From the NCBI GenBank assembly GCA_964635715.1, contig CAZWNZ010000001.1, forward strand, positions 74,358 to 138,357: DNA of 64,000 nucleotides, read 5' to 3'. Source of the stretch: an uncultured Gammaproteobacteria bacterium (GTDB lineage Bacteria > Patescibacteriota > Microgenomatia > UBA8517). The notes beneath the pieces were generated by a model that searched no databases, was not told the origin of the DNA, and saw only the letters and a list, made by a program, of their open reading frames with translations. Position numbers and translations under genes: made by a program. Positions within the stretch are counted from its first letter, which is position 1, and each line of letters begins with the position of its first letter. Below are positions 35,393 to 45,335 of the stretch, piece after piece.

Positions 35393-38017
35393 TCAATATT
35401 TCAACCTTACATATAAATCACGTACCAATGTCGTATTATATAGGTAAGAGCCCGCTTCGGTCAAGGAAAAGGCTGGATTTGAGTTTTGCATTTTTGAATC
35501 GGACCAAACATTAATCGCCACCGGATATTCACCGATCCCTGCTTGTTTTCTAAAATACAAATTATATTCTTCAAAAGCCTTTTCTTTTTTTGTACTCCAT
35601 GTAAACGAAAACTGTTTTGTTTCGCCAGCTAAAACCTCGACAATTACACCTATTTCCTTTCGCCCTTTTGCACTAGTTATATCAGGTGTCAGCGACTCCA
35701 GATCCTGCCCAAACGAACTTGTTATTGATACACCTTCCACCGTCTCGGGAACAACAAGTCTTATATAGGATTTATATCTACCGGAAAGACCTAGATTTAT
35801 ATTAGCTGAATTATTTAAAGTCAGTGTCAATGTTCTATCGATCGTTTCATTTTTGATGTCAACATTCAAAGATACGTCTCTATTTACAAAATAATTAGCC
35901 TTGTTTACACCAACGTTTGCCTCCACAATTCCTATCAGATCAGAATAGCAATTTACCTCACATACCGGAATAAACACAGATCCGTCCCAATTCAGGTTAC
36001 TTATCACTCGCTGGGTGTCAGCATTATGTAAAAACAATTGAATATGTCTTTGGTCTAAATTTTCGTATGCGTACTTTAAAAGCAAATTTTTCTGTGAATA
36101 GGATAGATTGTCCATTTCACTTAGGATACTTCTGGAAAGTGCCGTTAAAAAACTTGCTTTTTTATGGGTCCCGGGGAAAAAATTATCTTGCACCTCAGAT
36201 TGAACTTTTTCGTATAGATTTTCTGCGGTGATATTAATATCGTAATCAGATAAATAAATAGCGCCACTAACATTTAAAAAATCTTTTATTGGATATAAGT
36301 CGATAGCAAAAACTCCGTCGACTTGCTGATCAACTTCTTTATCCAAAAACCATTCGGCGCGCTTTGCTGAAGTCGGAAAATCCGGATCCCAATTTGAATC
36401 CCTAAGCCACCAGTTCGCTTCTCCTAAATATTTGTTAATTGGAGTTGGTGGTTCAACGTGTCCATTTAACTGTCCATCGGCAGAATAAACATCGCTAATT
36501 GTAAAATCCGAAAGCCTTCCACGATCAAATGTTAAAAGTCCATAAGAACCGATGAACCCTCCTGTTGGTCGAAGTTCCATGTTGTTTTGAAACAAAACAA
36601 GATATGTCTGAGTGTTTGCAGATCCGAGAATTTCCGGGGCTTTTCCGGCTAAAACGGTCAACTGGGATACAAGCTGCTTATATTTATTTAGGTCTATTTT
36701 TGACATTAAATATCTGGCAGCAAAAGAATTATCGTCTACACCTTGAGTACTTACCTTATCAAGAACGGCAACATAATCACCAATCGACTGCAACTTCTTT
36801 TCTGAATCATACAGGACTTCCTCTACAGAATAGGGAGTTTGTCCGAGGATATTACCAACTAAATTACCGGCTGTTCTCGCCAGTGGAATACCTGAAATTC
36901 CTATTTTAGAAATATTTGTAAGTACTAGTGATAAATATTCTGTTTCAATATATATTCTACCCACCAAGGGGATATTTTTTAATATTTTGCTTTCGGCATA
37001 ACCTACCTCTGAAATCGTGTTGCTTGCCCGAAACAAATTTATTGCAGTGTCGTCACTACCCTTTTTAAATTGACTGTATGAAAAATAACTAAGACCTGCA
37101 CTGGTTAGTACAAAAACAAACGGCATTAAAAAAATAATCAGCAATGACAGCAAAAATGGTTTAATAAATTTTTGTTTGCTGGATATTTTGGATAAGTTGC
37201 CGGTTTTTACAGTTTTGGATTTCTTGACTGATGATGGTTTTGTATGCCCTTCATTAATCCATCTATAAGTTTCTGATAACATAAATTCCACACTTCCTTT
37301 TAATTGGAAACGTTCTGCGTTTCGCGGTAAGATGTCTGTATTTTTGTTTGAAGTGGTTACTAGTTTAACGTTACCAAGCAAACGCACATTTTCTTTCCAA
37401 AACTGTGTTGACAATGTTTCAGCTCCCAATAAAAACATTTCTTTTCCATATGGACCGAAGGCAAAAAGCCATTTTACAATTTGCCTGGCAGCATCGCTTA
37501 CGAAAAGCGGATATATAATTTCACCTACGCAAAAATCTATTTGTCTTCGGGAAATCATGGAGTTTAAGTAAGCAGACATTTTCAAATCGCTTTCAAGATC
37601 TATTCGCGGACCCAAAAGATCACCAACATATATCACACCAAGGTTTTCCTGAAGGTTTTTAAAAAAAACGTTTGCTTCCGAATAAATTTCTTTTGGTAAT
37701 ACAATGAATGCTTTAGTTTCACTAATATCAACGACTCGTAAAAAATGTTGAACAAAACTAATAGTTGATTGGATTTTTAAAAAACCCGATAAACACATAA
37801 TGTACCTGTATGAAATGTTATTGTCATATTTACTTGTATGGGAAACATTAAACCTGTCTTTAGCTGCAATGTGTGAAGTTTTAATAACCCATTCATCAAC
37901 ATTGTCTGTAAATATGTTAACCAGACAATTATTTGCTAAAAGATTTTCAAGTAAGTTAATTGCTAAAAAACTTGGTTCAGAGTAAAGACATACTAAAAAT
38001 TTGGTCGACGAGTTCAT
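35393..38017 (-). CDS. Large membrane-anchored DUF4012-domain protein with an N-terminal Rossmann-like region
   Basis: Central TM (FIKPFLLSLLIIFLMPFVFVL); YLVLFQNNMELRPTGGFIGSYGLLTFDRGRL matches the DUF4012 signature. Confidence 0.5.
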   Translation of the reverse strand: MNSSTKFLVCLYSEPSFLAINLLENLLANNCLVNIFTDNVDEWVIKTSHIAAKDRFNVSHTSKYDNNISYRYIMCLSGFLKIQSTISFVQHFLRVVDISETKAFIVLPKEIYSEANVFFKNLQENLGVIYVGDLLGPRIDLESDLKMSAYLNSMISRRQIDFCVGEIIYPLFVSDAARQIVKWLFAFGPYGKEMFLLGAETLSTQFWKENVRLLGNVKLVTTSNKNTDILPRNAERFQLKGSVEFMLSETYRWINEGHTKPSSVKKSKTVKTGNLSKISSKQKFIKPFLLSLLIIFLMPFVFVLTSAGLSYFSYSQFKKGSDDTAINLFRASNTISEVGYAESKILKNIPLVGRIYIETEYLSLVLTNISKIGISGIPLARTAGNLVGNILGQTPYSVEEVLYDSEKKLQSIGDYVAVLDKVSTQGVDDNSFAARYLMSKIDLNKYKQLVSQLTVLAGKAPEILGSANTQTYLVLFQNNMELRPTGGFIGSYGLLTFDRGRLSDFTISDVYSADGQLNGHVEPPTPINKYLGEANWWLRDSNWDPDFPTSAKRAEWFLDKEVDQQVDGVFAIDLYPIKDFLNVSGAIYLSDYDINITAENLYEKVQSEVQDNFFPGTHKKASFLTALSRSILSEMDNLSYSQKNLLLKYAYENLDQRHIQLFLHNADTQRVISNLNWDGSVFIPVCEVNCYSDLIGIVEANVGVNKANYFVNRDVSLNVDIKNETIDRTLTLTLNNSANINLGLSGRYKSYIRLVVPETVEGVSITSSFGQDLESLTPDITSAKGRKEIGVIVEVLAGETKQFSFTWSTKKEKAFEEYNLYFRKQAGIGEYPVAINVWSDSKMQNSNPAFSLTEAGSYLYNTTLVRDLYVRLKY

Positions 38018-38154
38018 GTTAACTACTATTTTACCGCAATTGAAAAAATTTTATTTACGCTAATTACTGCAGTAAAAAAGTTTTCAAGTTTACAAGTTTA
38101 TCAAAAGAATAAAAACACTCGGAACGTGAAATTTTCACAGAAGTTATCCCGAAG

Positions 38155-38577
38155 TCAAACGTGCCGATCCAATTCCTCGTTGACTAATCCATCTGCGATT
38201 TTATTTTTCTCACGCGGGACGTTTTTAAAAAAAATTTTCATTTTACTTCTTGCCATTAGCCGTCTAATTTCCAAATTCAAAATTATCAATTCATTTTTCT
38301 TTACTTTATAAATGCCATTTAACTGTCTAACCACCAACTCTGAATCAAGAATAAATTGAATACTGTTGTTGGCAAATTTATTTTCATTTTCAAGCAACCA
38401 TTCAAGGGCCAAAATAACAGCATTATACTCTGCCACATTATTTGTTGTCGTATTTAAAAATTTAGAATTTTTAAATATAACCCTGTCGTCAAAAACAACA
38501 GCAAAACCGCAAGCAGCCGGTCCGGGGTTTCCACGGGAGCCACCATCTGTAAATATCAAAATCGGTTCATTTTGCAT
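38155..38577 (-). CDS. rnhA: Ribonuclease HI
   Basis: IFTDGGSRGNPGPAACGFAV...AEYNAVILALE...ELI...DSELVVRQL...REKNKIADGL carries the RNase H catalytic-site pattern. Confidence 0.85.
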   Translation of the reverse strand: MQNEPILIFTDGGSRGNPGPAACGFAVVFDDRVIFKNSKFLNTTTNNVAEYNAVILALEWLLENENKFANNSIQFILDSELVVRQLNGIYKVKKNELIILNLEIRRLMARSKMKIFFKNVPREKNKIADGLVNEELDRHV

Positions 38578-38601
38578 GCAATTAGTTTAACAGAAATTAA
38601 A

Positions 38602-39852
38602 TCACTTTTCTCTGAAGAAAATTCCAAGTAAAGTAGCTAGTAGTAATAAATTTTGTTGAATCGTAAACCAATAGTGATCAAAAAGTCCGGTAATTAAAAC
38701 AAACAACACAACGAGTGTCCACCATATTTTTTTCCTTTCGATATTCACACAAATTGTTTTATAAAAAATAATACATAAAAACAACAGACCAATTAATCCT
38801 GTCTCTGCGGCTATCAATAAAAAGATATTATGAACGGGTTGTAAAAGCCATACGTCACTTGTGTGGTAAATATTTGTCGCCGCACTCGGTATGAAATTAT
38901 TCAATCCCCTGCCACTAAACCAGTTTTGTGAAAAAACTCCACCGGCAATTTCTGCCAACACAATTCGCTCGGAAGTACTTTGGGAAATACTTATGTTATT
39001 AACTGAAATTCGTTTAGAAAAGAAGGCAAAACAAAAACTAATTAAAACACAAGCAAATATAATAAATACTATTGTTTTGCGCCCTAAAATATTATTTCTG
39101 AAAACATACACCAATGCACAAGCAATAATTCCAATAAAAGCGGATAATGAAAAGGTTGTTAAGAGAGCTACTAATATTATAAACAGCCCCACACAAAGCC
39201 CAATCTTTTTTTTGTTGAGGTATTGGGAAAACATAAATAATAGTGATGCATAGTAGTACCCCGCTAAAGAATTAGGATGGGAAAAAGTTGAGTAAGCCCT
39301 TAGGTGATTTATACCCAAAAAATTGTTCAGAGCTATCCCCGGAGTATGTAATGTAAATGATCTTTCACCAAGCAGATAAAAAATCTTACCCGACGTCTCC
39401 CCTCTCACAACTTGAAGTATCCCGATAATAGAAAAAAACACTAGAGAGTAAAACAGGGTTGAGGATACGTCTTTGACACTAAAGATATCTCTCCGAGATT
39501 TTACATAATAAGCAAGTAAAATCAACTCAAAAAATTTTAACCATCTAATAAACGTTATCGGAATGCTAAATGAAAAAAAAGTATTGATTAAGCAAAATGC
39601 AAAAATAATATAAATATATTTTCTGTACATTATCCAATCTTTTTTTATTATTCCGGAGTTTCTAATTGCCCAATAAATAAACAGTAGTAGAAACAAAATA
39701 TCTGTAAAATAAATTGAAGGAGACAGATAATCGACCCTTATTCCAAAAACAAAAGCAAACTTTGGCCAGAAATGTACTGCCAATTGTGTCGGAAAAAGAA
39801 ATATAAGTAGAAGATTTAAATATTTATCAAGAAGCTTGATTTTGGAAATCAC
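38602..39852 (-). CDS. O-antigen ligase/polymerase (Wzy_C) family polytopic membrane protein
   Basis: About 11 TM helices and a YSTFSHPNSLAGYYY Wzy_C-like loop. Confidence 0.55.
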   Translation of the reverse strand: MISKIKLLDKYLNLLLIFLFPTQLAVHFWPKFAFVFGIRVDYLSPSIYFTDILFLLLFIYWAIRNSGIIKKDWIMYRKYIYIIFAFCLINTFFSFSIPITFIRWLKFFELILLAYYVKSRRDIFSVKDVSSTLFYSLVFFSIIGILQVVRGETSGKIFYLLGERSFTLHTPGIALNNFLGINHLRAYSTFSHPNSLAGYYYASLLFMFSQYLNKKKIGLCVGLFIILVALLTTFSLSAFIGIIACALVYVFRNNILGRKTIVFIIFACVLISFCFAFFSKRISVNNISISQSTSERIVLAEIAGGVFSQNWFSGRGLNNFIPSAATNIYHTSDVWLLQPVHNIFLLIAAETGLIGLLFLCIIFYKTICVNIERKKIWWTLVVLFVLITGLFDHYWFTIQQNLLLLATLLGIFFREK

Positions 39853-40310
39853 TTTTTCGGATTAATTATTAAGTATCTATCTTCCCCTTCCCCCTCTGAA
39901 GTTGTCTCCACATCCTTGTTGTCTGCTAATGCCAAATGAACAACCCTTCTCTGCCAGGCTTTAAGGTTATAAAGGTTTTGCGCATTACCTGTTTCAATAG
40001 CTCTTTGCGCTGTCGTTTCTGCAAGGTCTCTTAAGTAATCTTCTTCCTTTTGTCTGTAATCTCCAATATTAACAACGATCTTTCCCCACTCCCCGGTTTT
40101 CTGTTTAAACAATAAGGATAAAATGCTTTGTATACTCAGTAAGGTTTCGCCGCGTTTTCCTATTAAAAGACCTGTTGCTTCTCCGCCTTCGATATTAACA
40201 ACCATATAATCACTTTCTTTGTCATAAACCACTTCAACGCCTGTGTCCACTGACATCAACTTAAGTAATTTCTCCGCTATTTCTTTTAAGATTAAAGCAT
40301 TTTCTTTCAT
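39849..40310 (-). CDS. jag: Jag/KhpB RNA-binding protein (KH + R3H)
   Basis: R3H motif region RRVVHLAL; conserved position downstream of yidC. Confidence 0.75.
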   Translation of the reverse strand: MKENALILKEIAEKLLKLMSVDTGVEVVYDKESDYMVVNIEGGEATGLLIGKRGETLLSIQSILSLLFKQKTGEWGKIVVNIGDYRQKEEDYLRDLAETTAQRAIETGNAQNLYNLKAWQRRVVHLALADNKDVETTSEGEGEDRYLIINPKK

Positions 40311-41152
40311 TTTGTTTGTATAATTTTAGACTTTACACTGCTAAGTGAAGATTTTATCAGATTTACAGCTGGCGTCAAACTCCCCCATCCTGACATAGAT
40401 ACTTGTTGGACAACATTAAATACTGAATAGACAAGCCAATATAAAGCTAAACCGGAAGGAAGTTTCAGTCCAAAAATTAGAGTCATGAGAGGCATCATAT
40501 AAATCATGGACTTTTGCATTGCTACCTGCGTATCATCTAAATCCCCTTTAGTTTTCTTGGCAATTTTCTGCTCCTGTGTTATGTATGGAGTTGTGATTTT
40601 CACAGATAAAAACTGCGCAATTGTTGCAAGAATTAAGAATAATCCGGGTAAGGCGAATGGAATTCCCGGAATTTTAAAAGTATCGGGCATACTGATATCC
40701 ATATAGAAAAAATCCGTATTCAAGGTTTGTTCTTGGCTAAATTTAAGCGGATTATACAAAAGTTCATTCAATTTACCCGAAGCAATTTCTTCACCGGAAA
40801 GAGCAGTTGTAAAAACCCTAAAAAGAGCAATTAGAACAAGAAACTGTAAAATATATGGGAGGCATCCAGCTGTGGGATTAATCTTATTTTGCTTATAAAG
40901 TTCAGCTTGAGCTTGAGAGAGTTTAACTTTATCACCACTGAATTTCTTCTTCAGTTTTTCTAATTGTGGATTAAGATCTTTTATCTTTTTCATCGACTCG
41001 AGATAAGGCTTTGTTAGAGGTCTTAAAGCAAAAATCAAGAAAAGACTGAAGAAAATAATCGCCACACCCAGATTTTCACCCAAGTATTTGTAAAACAAAA
41101 TAAGGCCGTTTGTTAACGGTTGAACCAGTATTGTTGTAAAAATATTTCCCAT
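40307..41152 (-). CDS. yidC: Membrane protein insertase YidC
   Basis: YidC/Oxa1 core with 5 TM helices; the ORF extends to 41185, but the start at 41152 avoids overlap with yidD. Confidence 0.85.
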   Translation of the reverse strand: MGNIFTTILVQPLTNGLILFYKYLGENLGVAIIFFSLFLIFALRPLTKPYLESMKKIKDLNPQLEKLKKKFSGDKVKLSQAQAELYKQNKINPTAGCLPYILQFLVLIALFRVFTTALSGEEIASGKLNELLYNPLKFSQEQTLNTDFFYMDISMPDTFKIPGIPFALPGLFLILATIAQFLSVKITTPYITQEQKIAKKTKGDLDDTQVAMQKSMIYMMPLMTLIFGLKLPSGLALYWLVYSVFNVVQQVSMSGWGSLTPAVNLIKSSLSSVKSKIIQTK

Positions 41153-41153
41153 G

Positions 41154-41375
41154 TTATTTGACAGGGTCCCACCCAGGTTTTCCAAATGGGTGACACCGGC
41201 TCACTCTCATAATTCCTAAAAGCATGCCTTTCTTAAATCCGTATTTATTCAAGGCTTCTATTGTATACTCAGAACAGGTCGGTGTAAAACGGCACGCATT
41301 TCCTAACATCGCAACCAAAATCGGGGATATGTATTTCCGATATAAACGAATCAGGTAAATAGATATCTCTTTCAT
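41154..41375 (-). CDS. yidD: Membrane protein insertion efficiency factor YidD
   Basis: YRKYISPILVAMLGNACRFTPTCSEYTIEAL...GIMRVSRCHPFG. Confidence 0.8.
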   Translation of the reverse strand: MKEISIYLIRLYRKYISPILVAMLGNACRFTPTCSEYTIEALNKYGFKKGMLLGIMRVSRCHPFGKPGWDPVK

Positions 41376-41716
41376 TTCATTATTCCTGCATTTTTTAACG
41401 AGGTTCGCACCTCCTTCATTAATTCTACCGTTGAGACTCTGGAAATTGTTGTCTTAGCTAAAAAAACAACATCGTAGCCTACATTTAAATTTATACTATC
41501 AAGCCTGACTGCTTCACTCATTGCTCTTTTAAATCTATTTCTGTCAACGGCTTCCTTTGCTACTTTTGTAGAAACAATAAAACCGAATCTACAAGGTTCT
41601 TCGTCGGTTCTTTTAAAAAAGGCAACACCAAAACTGTTTGATTGCAAGACTTTACCCTCATTTTGGATTCTGGAAAAGTCTTTCGCCCCTGTAATTCTAT
41701 ATTTTTTAGCAAGCAT
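41372..41716 (-). CDS. rnpA: Ribonuclease P protein component
   Basis: RITGAKDFSRIQNEGKV...RFGFIVSTKVAKEAVDRNRFKR. Confidence 0.85.
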   Translation of the reverse strand: MLAKKYRITGAKDFSRIQNEGKVLQSNSFGVAFFKRTDEEPCRFGFIVSTKVAKEAVDRNRFKRAMSEAVRLDSINLNVGYDVVFLAKTTISRVSTVELMKEVRTSLKNAGIMK

Positions 41717-41796
41717 TGTTTTGTTTTTGTTCAGTTTCCATTACTAAAGCAGGAAAAAACACATGGAGTTCGGTAAATAAACTTTAAGATTAACTA

Positions 41797-41937
41797 TTAT
41801 ACCGCAAGCTTTTTTCGTCCCTTCGCCCTCCTCAATCCCAAAACTTTTCTTCCTGACTTAGTACTCATCCTGGATCTAAACCCGTGAGTCCTGACTCTCT
41901 TGATTTTGCTCGGTTGATATGTTCTTTTTGTTGACAT
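41797..41937 (-). CDS. rpmH: 50S ribosomal protein L34 (46 aa, too short for the ORF track)
   Basis: Translated by eye: [46 protein letters not shown], stop TAA; canonical rpmH-rnpA synteny. Confidence 0.85.
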   Translation of the reverse strand: MSTKRTYQPSKIKRVRTHGFRSRMSTKSGRKVLGLRRAKGRKKLAV

Positions 41938-42013
41938 GAGTAATATTATATCAAAGAAATTATAAATTAGGAATTAGAAATTCGAAGTTAATTAAAATGG
42001 GGCTTGACGAATT

Positions 42014-42123
42014 GTGGATAACTCATTAAAAGTACATAGTACAAAGTACCTAGTACTTAGATTCCTAACTTCTGTCCTTGCCCTAATTTTTAGCTTCGTA
42101 CTAAGTACTGTGTACTAGGCACT
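42014..42123. promoter_or_regulatory. dnaA upstream control region: perfect DnaA box plus GTAC-rich imperfect inverted repeat
   Basis: TTATCCACA on the minus strand at 42014..42022; arms AGTACATAGTACAAAGTACCTAGTACTTAG (42031..42060) and GTACTAAGTACTGTGTACTAGGCACT (42098..42123) are mutually reverse-complementary at CCTAGTAC and AGTACTTAG. Confidence 0.5.
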
Positions 42124-42130
42124 ATTTTAT

Positions 42131-43492
42131 ATGAATAATGAACAAATTTGGAAAGATTCTTTAGAAATAATTAAAGTAACTGTTTCGCCGGCAATTTTTT
42201 CCACATGGTTTTCTCAAACACATCTTATATCTTTGAATGATTTAGATGAAAGGGTGATTGTGGAAGTGGGGTGCCCAACCTCTTTCGCAAAAAATACTAT
42301 TGAAGCAAGATATTTTGGACTAATTCAAGACTCATTGTCAAAAGTGGTTGGCAAAAAATGTGATTTGTCTTTTATCGTAAAATCAAAACCAAAAGTTGAT
42401 AAAGCTCCAATTGACGACACGTCCCCTCTTTTCTCAACTGAAAAAGATGAAAAAACTACTTTAGAAATACTTCAAAGGTCACGAATTAGACCCAGTTTTA
42501 CCTTTGAGAATTTTGCCGTTTCAGGAAGTAATCAAATGGCCCACGCAGCCGCGGAGGCTGTATCGAGAGATTTGGGATCCGCTTATAACCCTCTTTTTAT
42601 TTGGGGTGGGGTAGGGGTCGGAAAAACACACCTCATGGTCTCTGTAGGAAATTATGTTTTACGAAATGATTCTGGAAAAAAAGTTCTTTTTTGTACGGGA
42701 GAAGATTTTACAAACGACATTGTAGAGGGGATTAGAAACAAGACAACGCAGGCATTTAGAAATAAATATAGAAAACTTGATCTGTTACTAATTGACGATA
42801 TTCAGTTTATTGCAGGTAAAGACACTGTGCAGGAAGAATTTTTCCATACATTTAATGCCGTCACTTCTGTCGGTGGTCAAATAATCCTTACTTCTGATCG
42901 ACCACCTTCTGAGATATCCAGACTCGAAGAAAGACTTAGAAGCCGCTTTGAAGCAGGATTAATTGTGGACGTAGCACCACCGGATTTTGAGTTAAGATGT
43001 GCAATAACTCAAATTAAATCCAGAGAGAAAGGAATTGATCTTTCATCAGAGCAGGTTCAAATGATTGCAGCCAATTCCGAGGCGGCTAGAAAAATCGAAG
43101 GGGTTCTAACAAGAATATTGACAGAGATTCATCTCAAAAACATTGTTGTCACCAATGAACTCATTGAATCTATGTTTGCTAAAAGCCTTGATACCTCCGG
43201 TAAAATCACCAAAAGCTCACCGGAACAAGTAGTTGAGGCGGTTTCTAAGTATTTTCAGCTTGGCAAGAGACTTCTTTTGGGAGATAGCCGGGCAAGACCA
43301 ATAGCCCGACCCAGACAAATTTTAATGTATCTTTTGAGAACACATCTCGGCCTTCCCCTCGAAGAGATTGGAAGAATAGTCGGAGGAAGGGACCATACAA
43401 CAGTGATGCATGCTGTGGAAAAGATTACACAACTAGCCACAAACGATGTGCAAATCCGTGAGGATATTTTGAAGATAAAAAGTGTAATTTGA
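42131..43492 (+). CDS. dnaA: Chromosomal replication initiator DnaA
   Basis: AAA+ Walker A GGVGVGKTHL, Walker B LLLIDDIQF, C-terminal DNA-binding helix ...DHTTVMHAVEKI. Confidence 0.95.
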   Translation: MNNEQIWKDSLEIIKVTVSPAIFSTWFSQTHLISLNDLDERVIVEVGCPTSFAKNTIEARYFGLIQDSLSKVVGKKCDLSFIVKSKPKVDKAPIDDTSPLFSTEKDEKTTLEILQRSRIRPSFTFENFAVSGSNQMAHAAAEAVSRDLGSAYNPLFIWGGVGVGKTHLMVSVGNYVLRNDSGKKVLFCTGEDFTNDIVEGIRNKTTQAFRNKYRKLDLLLIDDIQFIAGKDTVQEEFFHTFNAVTSVGGQIILTSDRPPSEISRLEERLRSRFEAGLIVDVAPPDFELRCAITQIKSREKGIDLSSEQVQMIAANSEAARKIEGVLTRILTEIHLKNIVVTNELIESMFAKSLDTSGKITKSSPEQVVEAVSKYFQLGKRLLLGDSRARPIARPRQILMYLLRTHLGLPLEEIGRIVGGRDHTTVMHAVEKITQLATNDVQIREDILKIKSVI

Positions 43493-43740
43493 GGATATTT
43501 TTCTAAAATTCTAACTTATCAACAGCAGTATTAAACTTATCCACAAATTTATTCACAAATTACTACGCATAATATCAACACAAAAACATCCCGAAAAACG
43601 AATTCGAAAGTGGTTTCTTTTCAACTTATCAACCCTTTCTACTACTAGAACTACTAGTATATATATGATAAATACAAGAAAACCGAAAACAAATAAATAT
43701 TGATTTTTGAGTGTTTTCCTTTTACCCTTAACCTACTGTT
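43493..43740. promoter_or_regulatory. Putative oriC segment in the dnaA-dnaN spacer (DnaA boxes plus AT-rich unwinding stretch)
   Basis: TTATCCACA perfect at 43537..43545; one-mismatch boxes TTATCAACA 43516..43524, TTATTCACA 43549..43557, TTATCAACC 43626..43634; AT-rich tatatatatgataaata near 43660. Confidence 0.6.
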
Positions 43741-44862
43741 ATGAGAGTACAAGTACTACAAGAGAACTTAGAAAAAGCTATTGGCATAACAACAAGATTT
43801 GCCAGTGCCAAAGCACAACTTCCCATTCTTGGTAATGTACTCATATCAACCCGCAAAAGTAAAATTTATATTTCTTCAACAAATTTGGAAATTTCGGCTT
43901 CTGTTAAGATTGGTGCAAAAATTGAAGAAGATGGTGAAATTAGTATTCCTGCAAAAATTATTTCGGAATTAGTACCAAATTTACCCAAGGAAACGATTGG
44001 TCTACAATCGGAAAAGGAGCAGCTGAAGATTTCCACAAACGGCTTTACTTCAACTATTCTGGGAATGGATTCAACAGACTTTCCCAAAATTCCGAATGCT
44101 TTAAATGAGAAAAACACAATCAGTTTTTCTAAGAAGCTACTTTCTGAAAGTTTAGGTAAAGTCGTATTTTCAACTTCTACAGATGAAACACGTCCCATTT
44201 TGACAGGAGTTCTTTTTATTCTTAAAGATAATTCTTTGTCTTTAGTAGCAACTGATGGCTTTCGTCTTTCTAGAAAAAATGTTTTACTAAAGGATTTTAA
44301 AGGAGAGGAAAAATCTGTTGTAATTCCGAAAGGAATCCTGGGGGAGATAATTCGAGGTGTTTTTGAAACAGACGATATTTTGTTTGATCTTGAAGAGTCT
44401 GAAAAACAAGTTCTCTTTGAATTGGAGGATACGGTACTTACATCCAGACTTCTGGAGGGGGAGTATCCGGATTTTGAAAAGATTATTCCAAAAGAATCAA
44501 ACATAAAAGTGTTTTTAGATAAGGAGGAATTTTTAAGGGCAGTAAAATTGGCTTCGATATTTGCCAAAGAGGCTGCAAATGTTGTGAAACTGAAAATTTT
44601 GAAGGATTCCATAAAAGTTTCTGCAGAAAGCGGACAGGCGGGGAGCCAGGAAACAAAAGTCGATGCGAAAGTTGAATCCGGAATTTCGAATTTTGAATCT
44701 GGATTTGAGATTGCTTTTAACTTCCGGTATTTGGAGGATTTTATTCATTCGGTTACAGGCGAAGAATTATCTATGGAGTTTGTAAGTTCTACTTCTGCCG
44801 GGGTGTTTAAGGACACAAGCGATGAAAATTATCTTCATCTAATTATGCCGGTTAAGATGTAA
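43741..44862 (+). CDS. dnaN: DNA polymerase III beta sliding clamp
   Basis: Three-domain clamp pattern (MRVQVLQENLEKAIGITTRFAS...) directly downstream of dnaA. Confidence 0.9.
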   Translation: MRVQVLQENLEKAIGITTRFASAKAQLPILGNVLISTRKSKIYISSTNLEISASVKIGAKIEEDGEISIPAKIISELVPNLPKETIGLQSEKEQLKISTNGFTSTILGMDSTDFPKIPNALNEKNTISFSKKLLSESLGKVVFSTSTDETRPILTGVLFILKDNSLSLVATDGFRLSRKNVLLKDFKGEEKSVVIPKGILGEIIRGVFETDDILFDLEESEKQVLFELEDTVLTSRLLEGEYPDFEKIIPKESNIKVFLDKEEFLRAVKLASIFAKEAANVVKLKILKDSIKVSAESGQAGSQETKVDAKVESGISNFESGFEIAFNFRYLEDFIHSVTGEELSMEFVSSTSAGVFKDTSDENYLHLIMPVKM

Positions 44863-44868
44863 AAATTC

Positions 44869-45321
44869 TTATTTTTGTGGAACTTCATCCATCGGGGAAT
44901 TTTTAAGTATATTTGGTTTGAAATTTAGTTCTATTGGGGGAATTACTTCTCCTGTTGAAGACTTTGCTTCGATAGTCATTTTGTATGAAACTTCATATTG
45001 CCACCCCTCCATTGCTCGTACAAAGAGAGACGTGTTGTTGTCATCGGTTTCAATAATTGTGTCTGTTTGGGGATTAGTGTTAATAACGAGAGAACTGATA
45101 TCGATCGGTTTTGAAAAATAGAATTCTATAGAAGAAGTGCTTAAAAGTGAACCTGAAGAGTTATTTTCCGGAACTGATTTTATAAGTTTAAATTCTACAT
45201 ACGGGGTAGGTGTCGGTTTTTGTCTAAATCCGACGCCAGACTTAGAAAGGATCCAAACTATTGACAAGACAGATAGAACAAGAAGAATAAAAACTGGTAC
45301 AATTTTTTTGTTTTTTAGCAT
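44869..45321 (-). CDS. Small exported/anchored beta-rich protein, hypothetical (last gene of the T4SS-like operon)
   Basis: N-terminal TM/signal (IVPVFILLVLSVLSIVWIL), Ig-like-looking remainder. Confidence 0.35.
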   Translation of the reverse strand: MLKNKKIVPVFILLVLSVLSIVWILSKSGVGFRQKPTPTPYVEFKLIKSVPENNSSGSLLSTSSIEFYFSKPIDISSLVINTNPQTDTIIETDDNNTSLFVRAMEGWQYEVSYKMTIEAKSSTGEVIPPIELNFKPNILKNSPMDEVPQK

Positions 45322-45335
45322 AACTAAATTATAAC

